Below, one piece after another: positions 55,032-64,000 of a stretch of 64,000 nucleotides of DNA; positions within the stretch are counted from its first letter, which is position 1; every line of letters starts with the position of its first letter. The translations under genes were made by a program, and so were the position numbers. A model generated the notes under the pieces. It did no database searches and had not been told where the DNA came from. It worked only from the letters and a program-made list of their open reading frames with translations. This stretch comes from an uncultured Planctomycetota bacterium. Its GTDB lineage: Bacteria > Planctomycetota > Planctomycetia > Isosphaerales > Isosphaeraceae. The stretch spans positions 480,001 through 544,000 of the forward strand of contig CAWGMQ010000010.1 of assembly GCA_963823665.1 (NCBI GenBank), read 5' to 3'.

Positions 55032-56904
55032 ATGAACACGCGACGGGTCTGGTTCCGCATCGCAGCGACAGTTGCCCTGTCGCTGCTGCCGTTCTCGGGG
55101 ATCGCCCGAGCGGACCGGGAATACGAGTCGTCCGAGGTCATGGTCCCGATGCGAGACGGCATCCGACTCCACACAGTCCTCATTCGCCCGAGGCAGGCCG
55201 GGCCGTCGCTGCCCGTGGTCCTCCAGCGGACCCCCTACGGCGCGACGGCCCGCGGCGCAGAGTCGCTGATACAGGGCCCTCTCAAGCCCATGGCCGACGA
55301 GGGCTACATCTTCGCGGTCCAGGATATCCGCGGCCGCTTCGGCTCCGAGGGGACGTTCGTCATCGAGCGGCCCGCGCGCGACCCCTCGGACCCGAAGGCT
55401 GTCGACGAGACGACCGACGCGTACGATACGATCGACTGGATGGTCAAGAACGTGGCCGGGAATAACGGGCGCGTCGGCATGTGGGGCGTCTCGTACCCCG
55501 GATGGCTGACGGTCCAGGCACTCCTTGACCCGCACCCGGCACTGCGCGCCGCGTCGCCGCAGGCCGCGCCGGGAGACCAGTTCCTCTGCGACGATGAGCA
55601 CCATAATGGGGCCTTCCGCCTCAGTCCGGTGTTCCAGTACCTGGCGGTGATGGGGCGGGCCAAGGAGTTCACGCCGTTCGACTACGGCCGTCGCGACCTC
55701 TACGAGTGGTTCCTCGACCTGGGGCCGCTATCGAACGTCAACGCCCGCCACTTCCACGGCAAGGTGTCCGGGTGGAACGACTTGGTCGAGCACCCCGACT
55801 ACGATCGTTACTGGCGAGAGCGGGCGTTGCCCCCTCGCCTGGGCCGGCCCCGCGTGCCGACGCTCCACGTAATCGGCTGGTGGGACCAGGAGGACTTCTC
55901 CGGCCCGCTCCGGATCTACGAGGCGTTCGAGAAGCACGACCGCGACGGCCTGAACTACCTGGTCGCCGGCCCGTGGAACCACGGCGGCTGGATCCGGAGC
56001 GACGGCGACCGCCTGGGGTCGGTCACGTTCGGCAGCCCCACGGCCCGCGATTTCCGCGATCAGGTCATGGCCCCCTGGTTCGCGCGCCACCTCAAGGACA
56101 AGGGTAAGGACGGCCCGGCCGTGCCGGAGGCGCGCGTCTTCCGCACCGGCGAGAACGCCTGGCGGACCTTCGACCACTGGCCGCCCCGGGACGCGCGCCC
56201 GCGTTCGCTCTACGCCCGCGCCGGGGGCCGGCTGGCATTCGAGCCGCCGCCGGCCGCCCCGGACGGCGACCCCGGTTTCGACGCCTACCTCTCCGACCCC
56301 GCCCACCCGGTCCCGTTCCGCCCCCGGCCGATCGGCACTGACGTCATCATCGGCAAGAACGGCCAGGTCGCCGGCAATCCCGAGTGGGGCGAGTGGCTGG
56401 TGCAGGACCAGCGGTTCGTGCACCAGCGCCCGGATGTCCTCAGTTACGAGACAACTCCGCTGGAGCGCGACCTCGACCTCGCCGGGCCGATCACGGCCCG
56501 GCTGTTCGCCTCGACCTCCGGGACCGATTGCGACTGGGTTGTCAAGCTGATCGACGTCTTCCCCGAGAACGACCCCGCGATGGGCGGCTATCAGCTCATC
56601 ATCGCCGATGAGGTCTTCCGGGCCCGCTACCGCAAGGCGTTCGACCAGCCCGAGCCGCTCACGCCCGACCGGGTGGAGGCGTACGTTATCGACCTCCACC
56701 ACGGAGCCCACCGGTTCCGCAAGGGACACAAGGTCATGGTCCAGGTCCAGAGCACCTGGTTCCCGCTGATCGACCGCAACCCGCAGACCTACGTGCCCAA
56801 CATCTATCGCGCGAACGGAGACCGACTTCCGCCCGGCCACCCAGCGCGTCTTCCGGACCGACCACTACCCGACGGCCATCGAAATGACGGTGCTGCAGGA
56901 TTGA
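55032..56904 (+). CDS. CocE/NonD-family serine hydrolase, frameshift near 56815
   Basis: VPMRDGIRL, RTPYG, QDIRGRFGSEG, GVSYPG, GPWNHG, VQSTWFPLIDRNPQ. Confidence 0.92.
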
Positions 56905-56955
56905 GAGGGCCATCTTCTCGGCGAAAGTCGCGTGGGACCTTTTCTCAGCCACATC

Positions 56956-57020
56956 GCCAAACGGGGCGATGCAGCGGACCCGCCTGACGGACGGCGGTCA
57001 GCCGATCTCACGCGTCAGGC
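56956..57020 (+). other. attC-like site (65 bp)
   Basis: GCCAAAC..GCGATGCAGCGGACC..GGTCAGCCGATCTC..GTCAGGC. The next ATG is 22 nt downstream. Confidence 0.6.
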
Positions 57021-57042
57021 GCCTTGCTGGGGCCAATGCCAA

Positions 57043-57666
57043 ATGCCCGGACCACGCATCTCAATCGCCGGCCTCATGGCATTAATAGCCCTGCTCGGCT
57101 TCACGTTCGCTGCGTTGCACGCCGGGACGGAGTTCTCCGCAAGCGCCATGCTGACGCTCGCCCTCGCCGCCTCCGGCGTAGCCCTTCTCGGTCGCCTCTC
57201 CACCCGCGGCGCGGATAAAACAACCTGGACCGGCTACCTGGTTTTCGGCACCGGCTACCTGGCGATGTGTGTTGGCCCCTGGTGCGACGAGCACCTCATG
57301 CCGAACCTGATGACGACGCCGTTGATCGACGAGCAGTATTCCCGGATGGAATACTCCCCAAAACGTGCCGGCGAGCGTGTCTGGACATCGGACGGGCTCG
57401 GTCAGGAATTTGCCGCGGGCGAGGTCTTCGGCAAAGTGAACGCGCAATCGGTCAGTTTTGATGTATATAACGATCGCGGGACGACAGGCCATTACTCCGC
57501 GGCCCAGATACGGTGCCTCAGTCCGAGCAGCTATCGGCGACTCTGGCATTCCGCCCTATCAGTCTGGCTCGGCCTTCTCGGCATGGGCCTCGCGCGCTAC
57601 CTCTTCGGGAGTCGTCAAGATACGTCGGCCGGTGGACAAGGAATGGCGTCCGCTCACCCCGCCTGA
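57043..57666 (+). CDS. Membrane protein, cassette A copy 1 (complete)
   Basis: MPGPRISIAGLMALIALL, three N-terminal TMs, a soluble beta-rich middle and a C-terminal TM. Confidence 0.8.
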   Translation: MPGPRISIAGLMALIALLGFTFAALHAGTEFSASAMLTLALAASGVALLGRLSTRGADKTTWTGYLVFGTGYLAMCVGPWCDEHLMPNLMTTPLIDEQYSRMEYSPKRAGERVWTSDGLGQEFAAGEVFGKVNAQSVSFDVYNDRGTTGHYSAAQIRCLSPSSYRRLWHSALSVWLGLLGMGLARYLFGSRQDTSAGGQGMASAHPA

Positions 57667-57851
57667 CCTGCCGTAGCGGCGCACTCCATTCCGCCGTGGA
57701 GCGTACCGCTCATTCGTTCTCGGCCAATCGGCGATCGCGTCCGCCGATGTTGGTCGTGCCGCAGGATGCTTCGGTTTGACGGGTCCAAGCCACGACGAGT
57801 GAAGCGATCCAGCAAACGCGCTGCGCGAGCCGCTCATCGTGGGCGTTAAGC
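57661..57851 (+). other. Degenerate, elongated attC-like site
   Basis: GCCTGAC overlaps the stop codon and the site ends TGGGCGTTAAGC. Shares the inner TGCTTCGGTTTGAC.GGTCCAAGC with 60085-60208. Confidence 0.45.
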
Positions 57852-57910
57852 TAGCACGTGCATGTGGCTGGTCAGTCGGTTCTCGGTATAATGAGTAAGT
57901 GGAGGTGTGT

Positions 57911-58156
57911 AAGATATAGACCGTCGAAGCAGTGGTCGATCCGGCCGGCCGCGTCCGGTTGCTCGGTGAAGTGCGAGTGGTTGCGCCCCGTCGGGCCTTG
58001 GTGACGGTACTCGACGAGCCGGCCGCAATTCCTGGCGAGGCGGCGCTGCTGGCCGAGGCGGCCGTGGCGGCCGACTGGTCGAGGGCCGAGGAGGATGCGG
58101 CGTGGTCGTACCTTCAGAAATTCGGCGGGCGAGCAAGGACATCGGCACCGGAGTGA
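57911..58156 (+). pseudogene. Inactivated antitoxin copy
   Basis: Homologous to 60265-60482, but ATG>AAG and CAG>TAG in codons 1 and 3. The toxin gene is missing downstream. Confidence 0.8.
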
Positions 58157-58166
58157 GGCTACAAGG

Positions 58167-58961
58167 CTAATAACCGGCTTGGGCGATGACAGCGGCGGGG
58201 CAGCCGTTTGCGGCGAGGAACAGCGGAATTTCGGTCGCGATACGCTCGTCGCAGCGATTTACGAGGAACTCCACGTCCTCGATGACCTTGATAACAGTAC
58301 CGGCTCTTTCGAGCGGCTGCGGGGCTATCCGGGGCCGGTCACAGTTATGGATACAATCATGCCTTCGTTGGAAGATTGAATGGGGGGAATCCTCCTCGAA
58401 AAAACGCCTGTGCATTTGCCGCTTCGCCGTTGTTCGGGCCGAATTCCTGTCTGCCGGATTGAGCGCCTGATAGTCGGCGGCTGTGATCCCGAACATGCGC
58501 TTGCGGGCGTTCGGGTGGACGATCCACACGTCCAACACGTCGCCGAAGAGTTTGTGCCCGTCGCGGAAGAAGCCGTTGAATAGTGACTGAATCCGGTCCA
58601 GTTTGAGAACGTTCTCTCGGGCCATCATCTGTCGCGCAGCCATCCTCCAACGCCAGTTCGTGTTCCGCGCATAGGATTCGAGGATGGCTTTGATAGGGAA
58701 CTCGATCTTCTCGAAGAAGTCCGGGAGCGTCATGGCCGGGTGACGGCTTTTGGAGATGATCGAGGCTGCGACGACATCGGTGTAGGCGTCACAGAAATAC
58801 GCATCCAGCGCCCCGACCGCGAACATCCACGCACTCCGAAACAAGTCGCTGCGAAGCAGTCGCTCGGCTTCAGTGGTTTGCGGCAGCGGGTCGGCGTGAG
58901 CGACGATCGCTCGTGTACGCCGGACATCGTCGTTGAAATGGGAGAGCGCCGTCCCCGGCAT
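58167..58961 (-). CDS. HEPN-domain protein, putative RNase
   Basis: DLFRSAWMFAVGALDAYFCD helix and an RxxxxH motif in QRRHDCIHN. AAAGGA RBS. Confidence 0.75.
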   Translation of the reverse strand: MPGTALSHFNDDVRRTRAIVAHADPLPQTTEAERLLRSDLFRSAWMFAVGALDAYFCDAYTDVVAASIISKSRHPAMTLPDFFEKIEFPIKAILESYARNTNWRWRMAARQMMARENVLKLDRIQSLFNGFFRDGHKLFGDVLDVWIVHPNARKRMFGITAADYQALNPADRNSARTTAKRQMHRRFFEEDSPHSIFQRRHDCIHNCDRPRIAPQPLERAGTVIKVIEDVEFLVNRCDERIATEIPLFLAANGCPAAVIAQAGY

Positions 58962-59017
58962 GACCAATTCCTTTTGACCGATCGCGGATCAGCGCGGTCG
59001 TGAAAGCACCGGACGGC

Positions 59018-59395
59018 TCAACCGGTCTGTGTCATCGCCTCGGGAGCGATAATATAATGAATCGTTCCGCATTCCTCGTCAAAATAGACGCGCGAGGCTT
59101 CTGGAAAAACGGCGATCCAAAGGTCGATGATTTCCTCGACCGCCGGGCTGCCCGCGAGGTAATTAACCACCTTCCTCCGGAACGCCTCTCCATTCGAGGA
59201 GACGACGTCTTGAGAAACGGACGCTTCTGGGAACAGCTCGTTATACGCGTCGCGCAGGTCGTCGAGGTCCATCCCCCGGACTTTCTCACTAAGCTCCTTT
59301 ACAGCATCGGCGGGCGTTAATTGGGGCACCGATAGGACCCTTTCGGCGTCGTTATGTGCTCGGATCGAAAGTCCGCGTCCTGCTTTCGATGTCAT
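59018..59395 (-). CDS. Hypothetical protein
   Basis: Acidic helical ORF (DDLRDAYNELFP...EEIIDLW...YFDEE), co-oriented upstream of the HEPN gene. Start uncertain. Confidence 0.6.
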   Translation of the reverse strand: MTSKAGRGLSIRAHNDAERVLSVPQLTPADAVKELSEKVRGMDLDDLRDAYNELFPEASVSQDVVSSNGEAFRRKVVNYLAGSPAVEEIIDLWIAVFPEASRVYFDEECGTIHYIIAPEAMTQTG

Positions 59396-59575
59396 CACTC
59401 GCGTGGCGAGCCCGCGCGAAGCTCGCCGAATGAAACCGGAAGCTCGGACTGCCAACTCGAGCCGGTCTGTGCGGAGACTTGAGAACGTCCCCACACGGAG
59501 ATTCCCTGACGACAGCTTTTATTCTACCCGAATACCGACCCAGCGACTATCCCACGCGGAACCGACGTCGGGAGG

Positions 59576-60090
59576 CGCTCGCCCTCGCCGCCTCCGCCGT
59601 CGCCCTTCTCGCCCGCCTCTTCACCCGCGGCACGGCCAAATCAACCTGGACCGGATATCTGGTCTTCGGCACAGGCTACCTGGCAATTTGTGTCGGCCCG
59701 TGGAGCGACGAGCACCTCATGCCGAACCTCATGACGACGCCATTCATCGATGAGCAGGATTCCAGGATGCAATACACCCCAAGACATGCCGGTGAGCGCG
59801 TTTGGACAAAGGATCGGACCGATCGGCGATACGAAGAGGGCGACGTCCTCGGCGACGTGGATGCGAAAACGGTCACGTTCGACGTCGCTCACCCGCGCAC
59901 GAGGACATCGTCCCGCTACACCGCGTCCCAGATCCGGCCCATCAGCCCTAGCAGCTATCGGCGACTCTGGCATTCCGCCCTATCAATCTGGCTCGGCCTC
60001 CTCGGCATGGGCCTCGCGCTTTACCTGTTCGGGAATCGTCAAGATAGGTCGGCCCGTGGACGAGGAACGGCGTCCGCTCCCCCCGCCTGA
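59576..60090 (+). pseudogene. Cassette A copy 2, 5'-truncated
   Basis: Aligns to copy 1 from about 57155 (LALAAS) to the stop codon. Confidence 0.82.
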
Positions 60091-60208
60091 CCTGGCGCTG
60101 CGGCCGACTGCGCACCGCTCCGCCAAATGCTTCGGTTTGACCGGTCCAAGCACCTACGAGTAGTTAGCTTCGGTTTGGCGAGTCAACGCGGAGCACTGGG
60201 CGTTAGGC
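60085..60208 (+). other. attC-like site (124 bp)
   Basis: GCCTGAC-CTGG-CGCTGCGGCCGACT...ACCG pairs imperfectly with CGGT...AGTCAACGCGGAGCACTGGGC-GTTAGGC. The right end is a canonical GTTRRRY. Confidence 0.65.
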
Positions 60209-60242
60209 CGGCTCTTGCAGTGGCTAGTTGGTCGGTTCGCGG

Positions 60243-60260
60243 TATAATGCGTCTGGAGGT
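60243..60260 (+). promoter_or_regulatory. -10 box and RBS of the TA operon
   Basis: TATAAT at 60243 and GGAGGT at 60255. The same pair precedes the dead copy (57887, 57901). Confidence 0.6.
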
Positions 60261-60264
60261 GTGT

Positions 60265-60482
60265 ATGATCCAGACCGTCGAAGCAGTGATCGATCCGACC
60301 GGCCGCGTCCGGTTGCTCGGCGAAGTGCGAGTGGATGCGCCCGGCGCGCCTTGGTGACCGTGCTCGAAGAGCCGGCCGCAATTCCCGGCGAGGCGGCGCT
60401 GCTGGCCGAGGCGGCCTTGGCGGCCGACTGGTCGAGGGCCGAGGAGGACGCGGCGTGGTCGTACCTTCAGCCGGCGAAGTAG
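60265..60482 (+). CDS. Putative antitoxin (1-nt frameshift in a C-run near 60340)
   Basis: MIQTVEAVIDPTGRVRLL...ALVTVLEE...DWSRAEEDAAWSYL. Overlaps the toxin start. Confidence 0.75.
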
Positions 60483-60799
60483 TGCTGGTCCCGTTCCCCT
60501 TCTCGGACTTATCGACGTCCAAGGTGCGTCCGGCAGTCTGCCTGGCCGACGCCGGTCGAGGCGACTGGGTGCTCTGCCAGATTACGAGTAGTCCGTACGG
60601 CGATCCCTCGGCGGTCCCGTTAGTCGCTACCGACTTCACCACGGGCGGGCTGCTGGTGGCGAGCGTCGCCCGGCCGGGCAAGCTCTTTACTGCGAGCGCG
60701 GGCCTCATGGTGAGATCGGTCGGCACCCTCTCTCCCGCCGCGCTCGCCCGGATACTCTCGGCGGTCGCAGCACTCTTTCAGCCACCATCGGGCTCCTGA
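60455..60799 (+). CDS. PemK/MazF-family toxin
   Basis: GEVVLVPFPFSDLSTSKVRPAV...CQITS...RPGKLFT. GAGGAGG RBS before GTG. Confidence 0.9.
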   Translation: MVVPSAGEVVLVPFPFSDLSTSKVRPAVCLADAGRGDWVLCQITSSPYGDPSAVPLVATDFTTGGLLVASVARPGKLFTASAGLMVRSVGTLSPAALARILSAVAALFQPPSGS

Positions 60800-60809
60800 C
60801 GTCCAACTC

Positions 60810-61130
60810 GAATACACCCCAAAACATGCAGGCGAACTCATCTGGGCATTGGATCGGACCGATCGGCGATACGAGGAGGGCGAGGTCTTCGGCGATGTGA
60901 ATGGGCAAACGGTCACGTTCGACGTCGCTCACCTTCGCACCATGACATCGTCCCGTTACACCGCGCCCCAGATCCGGCCCATCAGTCCGAGCAGCCATCG
61001 GCGACTCGGGCATTCCGCCCTATCAGTCTGGCTCGGCCTTCTTGGCATGGGCCTCGCGCGCTACCTCTTCGGCTGTCACCAAGATAGGCCGACCAGTGGC
61101 CGAGGAGCGGCTTCCGCTCCCCCCGCCTGA
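60810..61130 (+). pseudogene. Cassette A copy 3, C-terminal half only
   Basis: Aligns from EYTPKHAGE to ...ASAPPA-stop. Followed by the same GCCTGACCTGGCGC half-site. Confidence 0.82.
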
Positions 61131-61387
61131 CCTGGCGCGGCGGCGCACTGCATACCGCACGCGGAAATCTTGGTTTCCCCGGCCATTCTCACGTATCCAA
61201 TGGTATGGTATGGTCACCAAGCTGCCGCGACGATCGGTCGCCGGACCATGATCCTACGTCAATGCAGCACGAAGGTAAAAACCATCGTGATTTCTACATC
61301 AGTGGGACATCGTTCAACTATCGACTTGATTCGTCACTCGCGCTCGACCGTTTAGGGCGCACCAATCTCGCGGGACGGGGTACCCCG

Positions 61388-64000
61388 ATGGCCAGGAAGA
61401 GACCAAAACCGAAACCCGAGTCCCCCGCATATCCGCCGGCGCCCCCTGAGCCGCGGGAATCCGCCGCAGTGCCCTTGGGGTTCACCCTCCGCCACACCCT
61501 TCACTCACACACCGCTCGGATCGATCGCATTGCCTGGTCGCCGGACGGATTGTTCCTCGCAACTCCGTCGCTTGACAGGACTGTCCGGGTGTGGGACGCC
61601 GGCACAGGCCAGACCGTCCACTTGCTGCACGCGCACACCGGGATGGTCATCGCAGTGTCGTGGTCGCCGGACGGACGGCTTTTGGCCGCGGGCCAGGCCG
61701 ATGGGACCGTCCTTGAGTGGGACACCGGCACGGGTCGGCCATTGTGCTCTCTTAAGGGGCACACCGGCGAGGTTTACAGCGTGTCGTGGTCGCCGGACGG
61801 ACAGCAGCTGGCCTCGGGCGGGATGGATCAGACCGTCCGGGTGTGGGACGCCGGCACCGGCCGGTCAGTCCGCTCTCTGGAAGGGCACACCGGCTGGGTT
61901 CAGAGCGTGTCGTGGTCGCCAGACGGCCGGCTCCTGGCATCGGGTGGGGCCGATCCGACTGTTCGGCTGTGGGACGCCGGCACCGACAAGCCCTTCTGCA
62001 CGCTTCGGGGGCACGCCGGCGGGGTCTATAGTGTGTCGTGGTCGCCAGACGGACGGCTCCTCGCAACCGGGGGAGCTGACAAGTCTGTCCGCGTCTGGGA
62101 GGCGCTCACCGGACAGCCCGTCCGCACGCTTCAGGGGCACACCAACGGGGTCTTCAGCGTGTCCTGGTCGTCGGACGGGCGGCTACTGGCATCCAAGAGC
62201 GGCGACAGCACCGTCCGAGTATGGCGAACGGATACCTTGACGGAGATGAGTCGACTCGTCGAACCGGCGTCGAACAGTTGGCTGCCGAGCTTGACGTTCC
62301 ATCCGTCGCGCCCCGTGCTGGCGACATTTGGCGAACACGGTCAAAGCGTCCGGATCTGGCATCTCGACGTCGATTCCATTCTGGGGCAGGCCGCGGCCAC
62401 ACCCGCCCGGGTCTTTACCACGGCGAAGGTCGTGCTCCTCGGGGACAGCAACATCGGCAAGTCGTGGCTCGCCTCGCAGCTCATCGACCGTCGAATTCCC
62501 ACGCCCGAACAGCGCGGGACCACTCACGGGATGCGAATCTGGAAACAGCCCGCCGGGGAGTTCCACCCTGCCGCGACTCCGCCACCCGACGAGAACCGCG
62601 AGATATTCCTCTGGGATTTCGGCGGGCAGGACGAGTACCAGCTTGTCCACCAGATGTTCCTCCACGACACCAACCTCGCCCTCATCTTGATCGACCCCAC
62701 CCGAAGCGCGGCCGAGCGAGACAAGGCCCGGGCCTGGAACATGCGTCTTCTTAGCCAGACGGGCACTCGCCCTGTCGTCAAGTTTCTGATCGGTGCCCAA
62801 ATCGACGACGACACGCAATCCCAGCTCATCGACCAAGCCGCGATCGCCCGGCTCGTGACTGAGTGCGGGTTCCGGGACGCGCATGAGACCAGCGCCGTGA
62901 CCGGTCGCGGGGTCGATACACTGCGTCAGGCGATCGCCTGGGCCATTGACTGGTCGTTCGACCGGACGTCCCGCCCAGAACTATTCCAGCGGATCCGCGA
63001 ACAGGTCGACGCCAGGCGAGCCGCGGGCGAGATCGTCGTTCCGCTGCGGGTCTTCAACGAGGACATCCGCACGAAGTTCCCGACCCTATTCGAGGACGAC
63101 GCGGCCCGGGCCGTTACCGACCAGCTCGCCGGCCAGGGCTTGCTGTCCAAGACGCGATTGAAGGCAGGCGACGAGGCCCTCATTCTGAGAGTGGATGTGG
63201 TCGAGCAGTACGCCGCGACACTCGTCGTCCTCGCCCGAGATAATCCCCGCGGCGTCCCCGCCTTTCCAGAAGCCGACCTCGGCACTCGACAAGACGCCCT
63301 TCCCGGAATCGAGCCATCCACCCGACTCGCCTGGCCCGACGAGCGCCTGGTGCTGGAGTGTGTCGCAGAGCTGATGATCCGCCACGGCGTGTGCTTCCGC
63401 CACCAGGGCGTCCTCGTATTTCCGACCCTGTTCCCTGAGGCCCCGACCGAGGCCGAGGCAGAGAAACTCCCGCACACCGTCTCACTCTGGTACGACTTCA
63501 CCGGCGCAATCGACAACGTGTACGCCTCCCTCGTCGGCGGCCTGATAATCCTCCAACCCTTCGGCCCAGGCCGACTGACTCCTGGCCGCGCCGAGTTCGA
63601 CGATCCTGATAACGGTTTGTGCGGGCTCAGGCGCTTGCACAGGCCCGGGGGCCTCGCCCACGTCGAGCTGTTCTTCGGCCCCGCCACCCTGTCGGCCCGT
63701 CGCGACAAATTCATCGCCTACGTCGAAGCTCACCTCCGTGAGAACGGGGTCGAAGTCACCGAATGCCGCGCCATCAAATGCCCCGAGTGCGGCACCGTCA
63801 CTGAGGAAGAGATGGTGCGAAGCCGGATCGCCGACGGCAGGTGTGACGTCGTGTGCAGTCGTTGTGAGCGACGGATTCCGATCGAAGAAGGGATGGCAGG
63901 CGGCGTTGCTGAAGTTCGGAAGAGAGATCCCCAGACGAACGCGAAAGTCCTCGCCCTTCGGCAAGAGATCAAGGCGAAGCTGGCCCTCGACGCCGTGATG
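61388..64000 (+). CDS. WD40 - Roc GTPase - COR-like - Zn-ribbon protein (runs off window)
   Basis: Manual translation is open for 871 codons: about 7 WD40 repeats (GH...SVSWSPDG...VRVWD), KVVLLGDSNIGKS, TTHG, WDFGGQDEY, ETSA, LVFPTLFP, CPEC...CSRC. Confidence 0.88.
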   Translation, partial: MARKRPKPKPESPAYPPAPPEPRESAAVPLGFTLRHTLHSHTARIDRIAWSPDGLFLATPSLDRTVRVWDAGTGQTVHLLHAHTGMVIAVSWSPDGRLLAAGQADGTVLEWDTGTGRPLCSLKGHTGEVYSVSWSPDGQQLASGGMDQTVRVWDAGTGRSVRSLEGHTGWVQSVSWSPDGRLLASGGADPTVRLWDAGTDKPFCTLRGHAGGVYSVSWSPDGRLLATGGADKSVRVWEALTGQPVRTLQGHTNGVFSVSWSSDGRLLASKSGDSTVRVWRTDTLTEMSRLVEPASNSWLPSLTFHPSRPVLATFGEHGQSVRIWHLDVDSILGQAAATPARVFTTAKVVLLGDSNIGKSWLASQLIDRRIPTPEQRGTTHGMRIWKQPAGEFHPAATPPPDENREIFLWDFGGQDEYQLVHQMFLHDTNLALILIDPTRSAAERDKARAWNMRLLSQTGTRPVVKFLIGAQIDDDTQSQLIDQAAIARLVTECGFRDAHETSAVTGRGVDTLRQAIAWAIDWSFDRTSRPELFQRIREQVDARRAAGEIVVPLRVFNEDIRTKFPTLFEDDAARAVTDQLAGQGLLSKTRLKAGDEALILRVDVVEQYAATLVVLARDNPRGVPAFPEADLGTRQDALPGIEPSTRLAWPDERLVLECVAELMIRHGVCFRHQGVLVFPTLFPEAPTEAEAEKLPHTVSLWYDFTGAIDNVYASLVGGLIILQPFGPGRLTPGRAEFDDPDNGLCGLRRLHRPGGLAHVELFFGPATLSARRDKFIAYVEAHLRENGVEVTECRAIKCPECGTVTEEEMVRSRIADGRCDVVCSRCERRIPIEEGMAGGVAEVRKRDPQTNAKVLALRQEIKAKLALDAVM

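Noticed and set aside
57043..61130. Diversity-generating retroelement (TR/VR pair)
   Set aside because: No reverse transcriptase is present, and the differences between copies are not adenine-specific.
61500..62230. 126-bp periodic repeat as a non-coding array
   Set aside because: It is explained by 42-aa WD40 repeats of the ORF starting at 61388.
1..64000. tRNA, rRNA, prophage or integron integrase genes
   Set aside because: None recognised by eye. A tRNAscan or Rfam scan was not possible.

Overview
High-GC bacterial window with Planctomycetota (Isosphaeraceae-like) gene content. The taxonomic call is inferred from DUF4058, ECF/Ser-Thr kinase pairs, a MoxR-vWA cluster and a PEP-CTERM protein. 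About 15 otherwise intact genes carry small frameshifts, typical of unpolished long-read sequence. The left end has an IS1182-family element inserted into a REP-like palindrome, a 45-bp tandem array and an uncharacterised 'NAVKHGL' protein. The middle (5.7-50 kb) is mostly ordinary: trpG/pabA, an ABC transporter, regulators, ECF sigma factors, an aminotransferase and a MoxR/vWA operon. It also shows an apparent G-to-C skew switch near 17 kb, beside a dif-like site and phased repeats. The right end has a second NAVKHGL paralog, gene fragments, and a decaying attC-bordered cassette array with no integrase in view (three copies of a membrane protein, a MazF-type TA pair, a HEPN gene). A WD40-Roc-COR-type GTPase runs off the window. 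Best candidates for new biology: (1) the NAVKHGL pair carrying an in-frame 60-bp element bounded by inverted repeats, (2) the attC array, (3) a ~96-aa module apparently inserted in the ABC permease. All product calls come from motif recognition by eye; no database searches were run.
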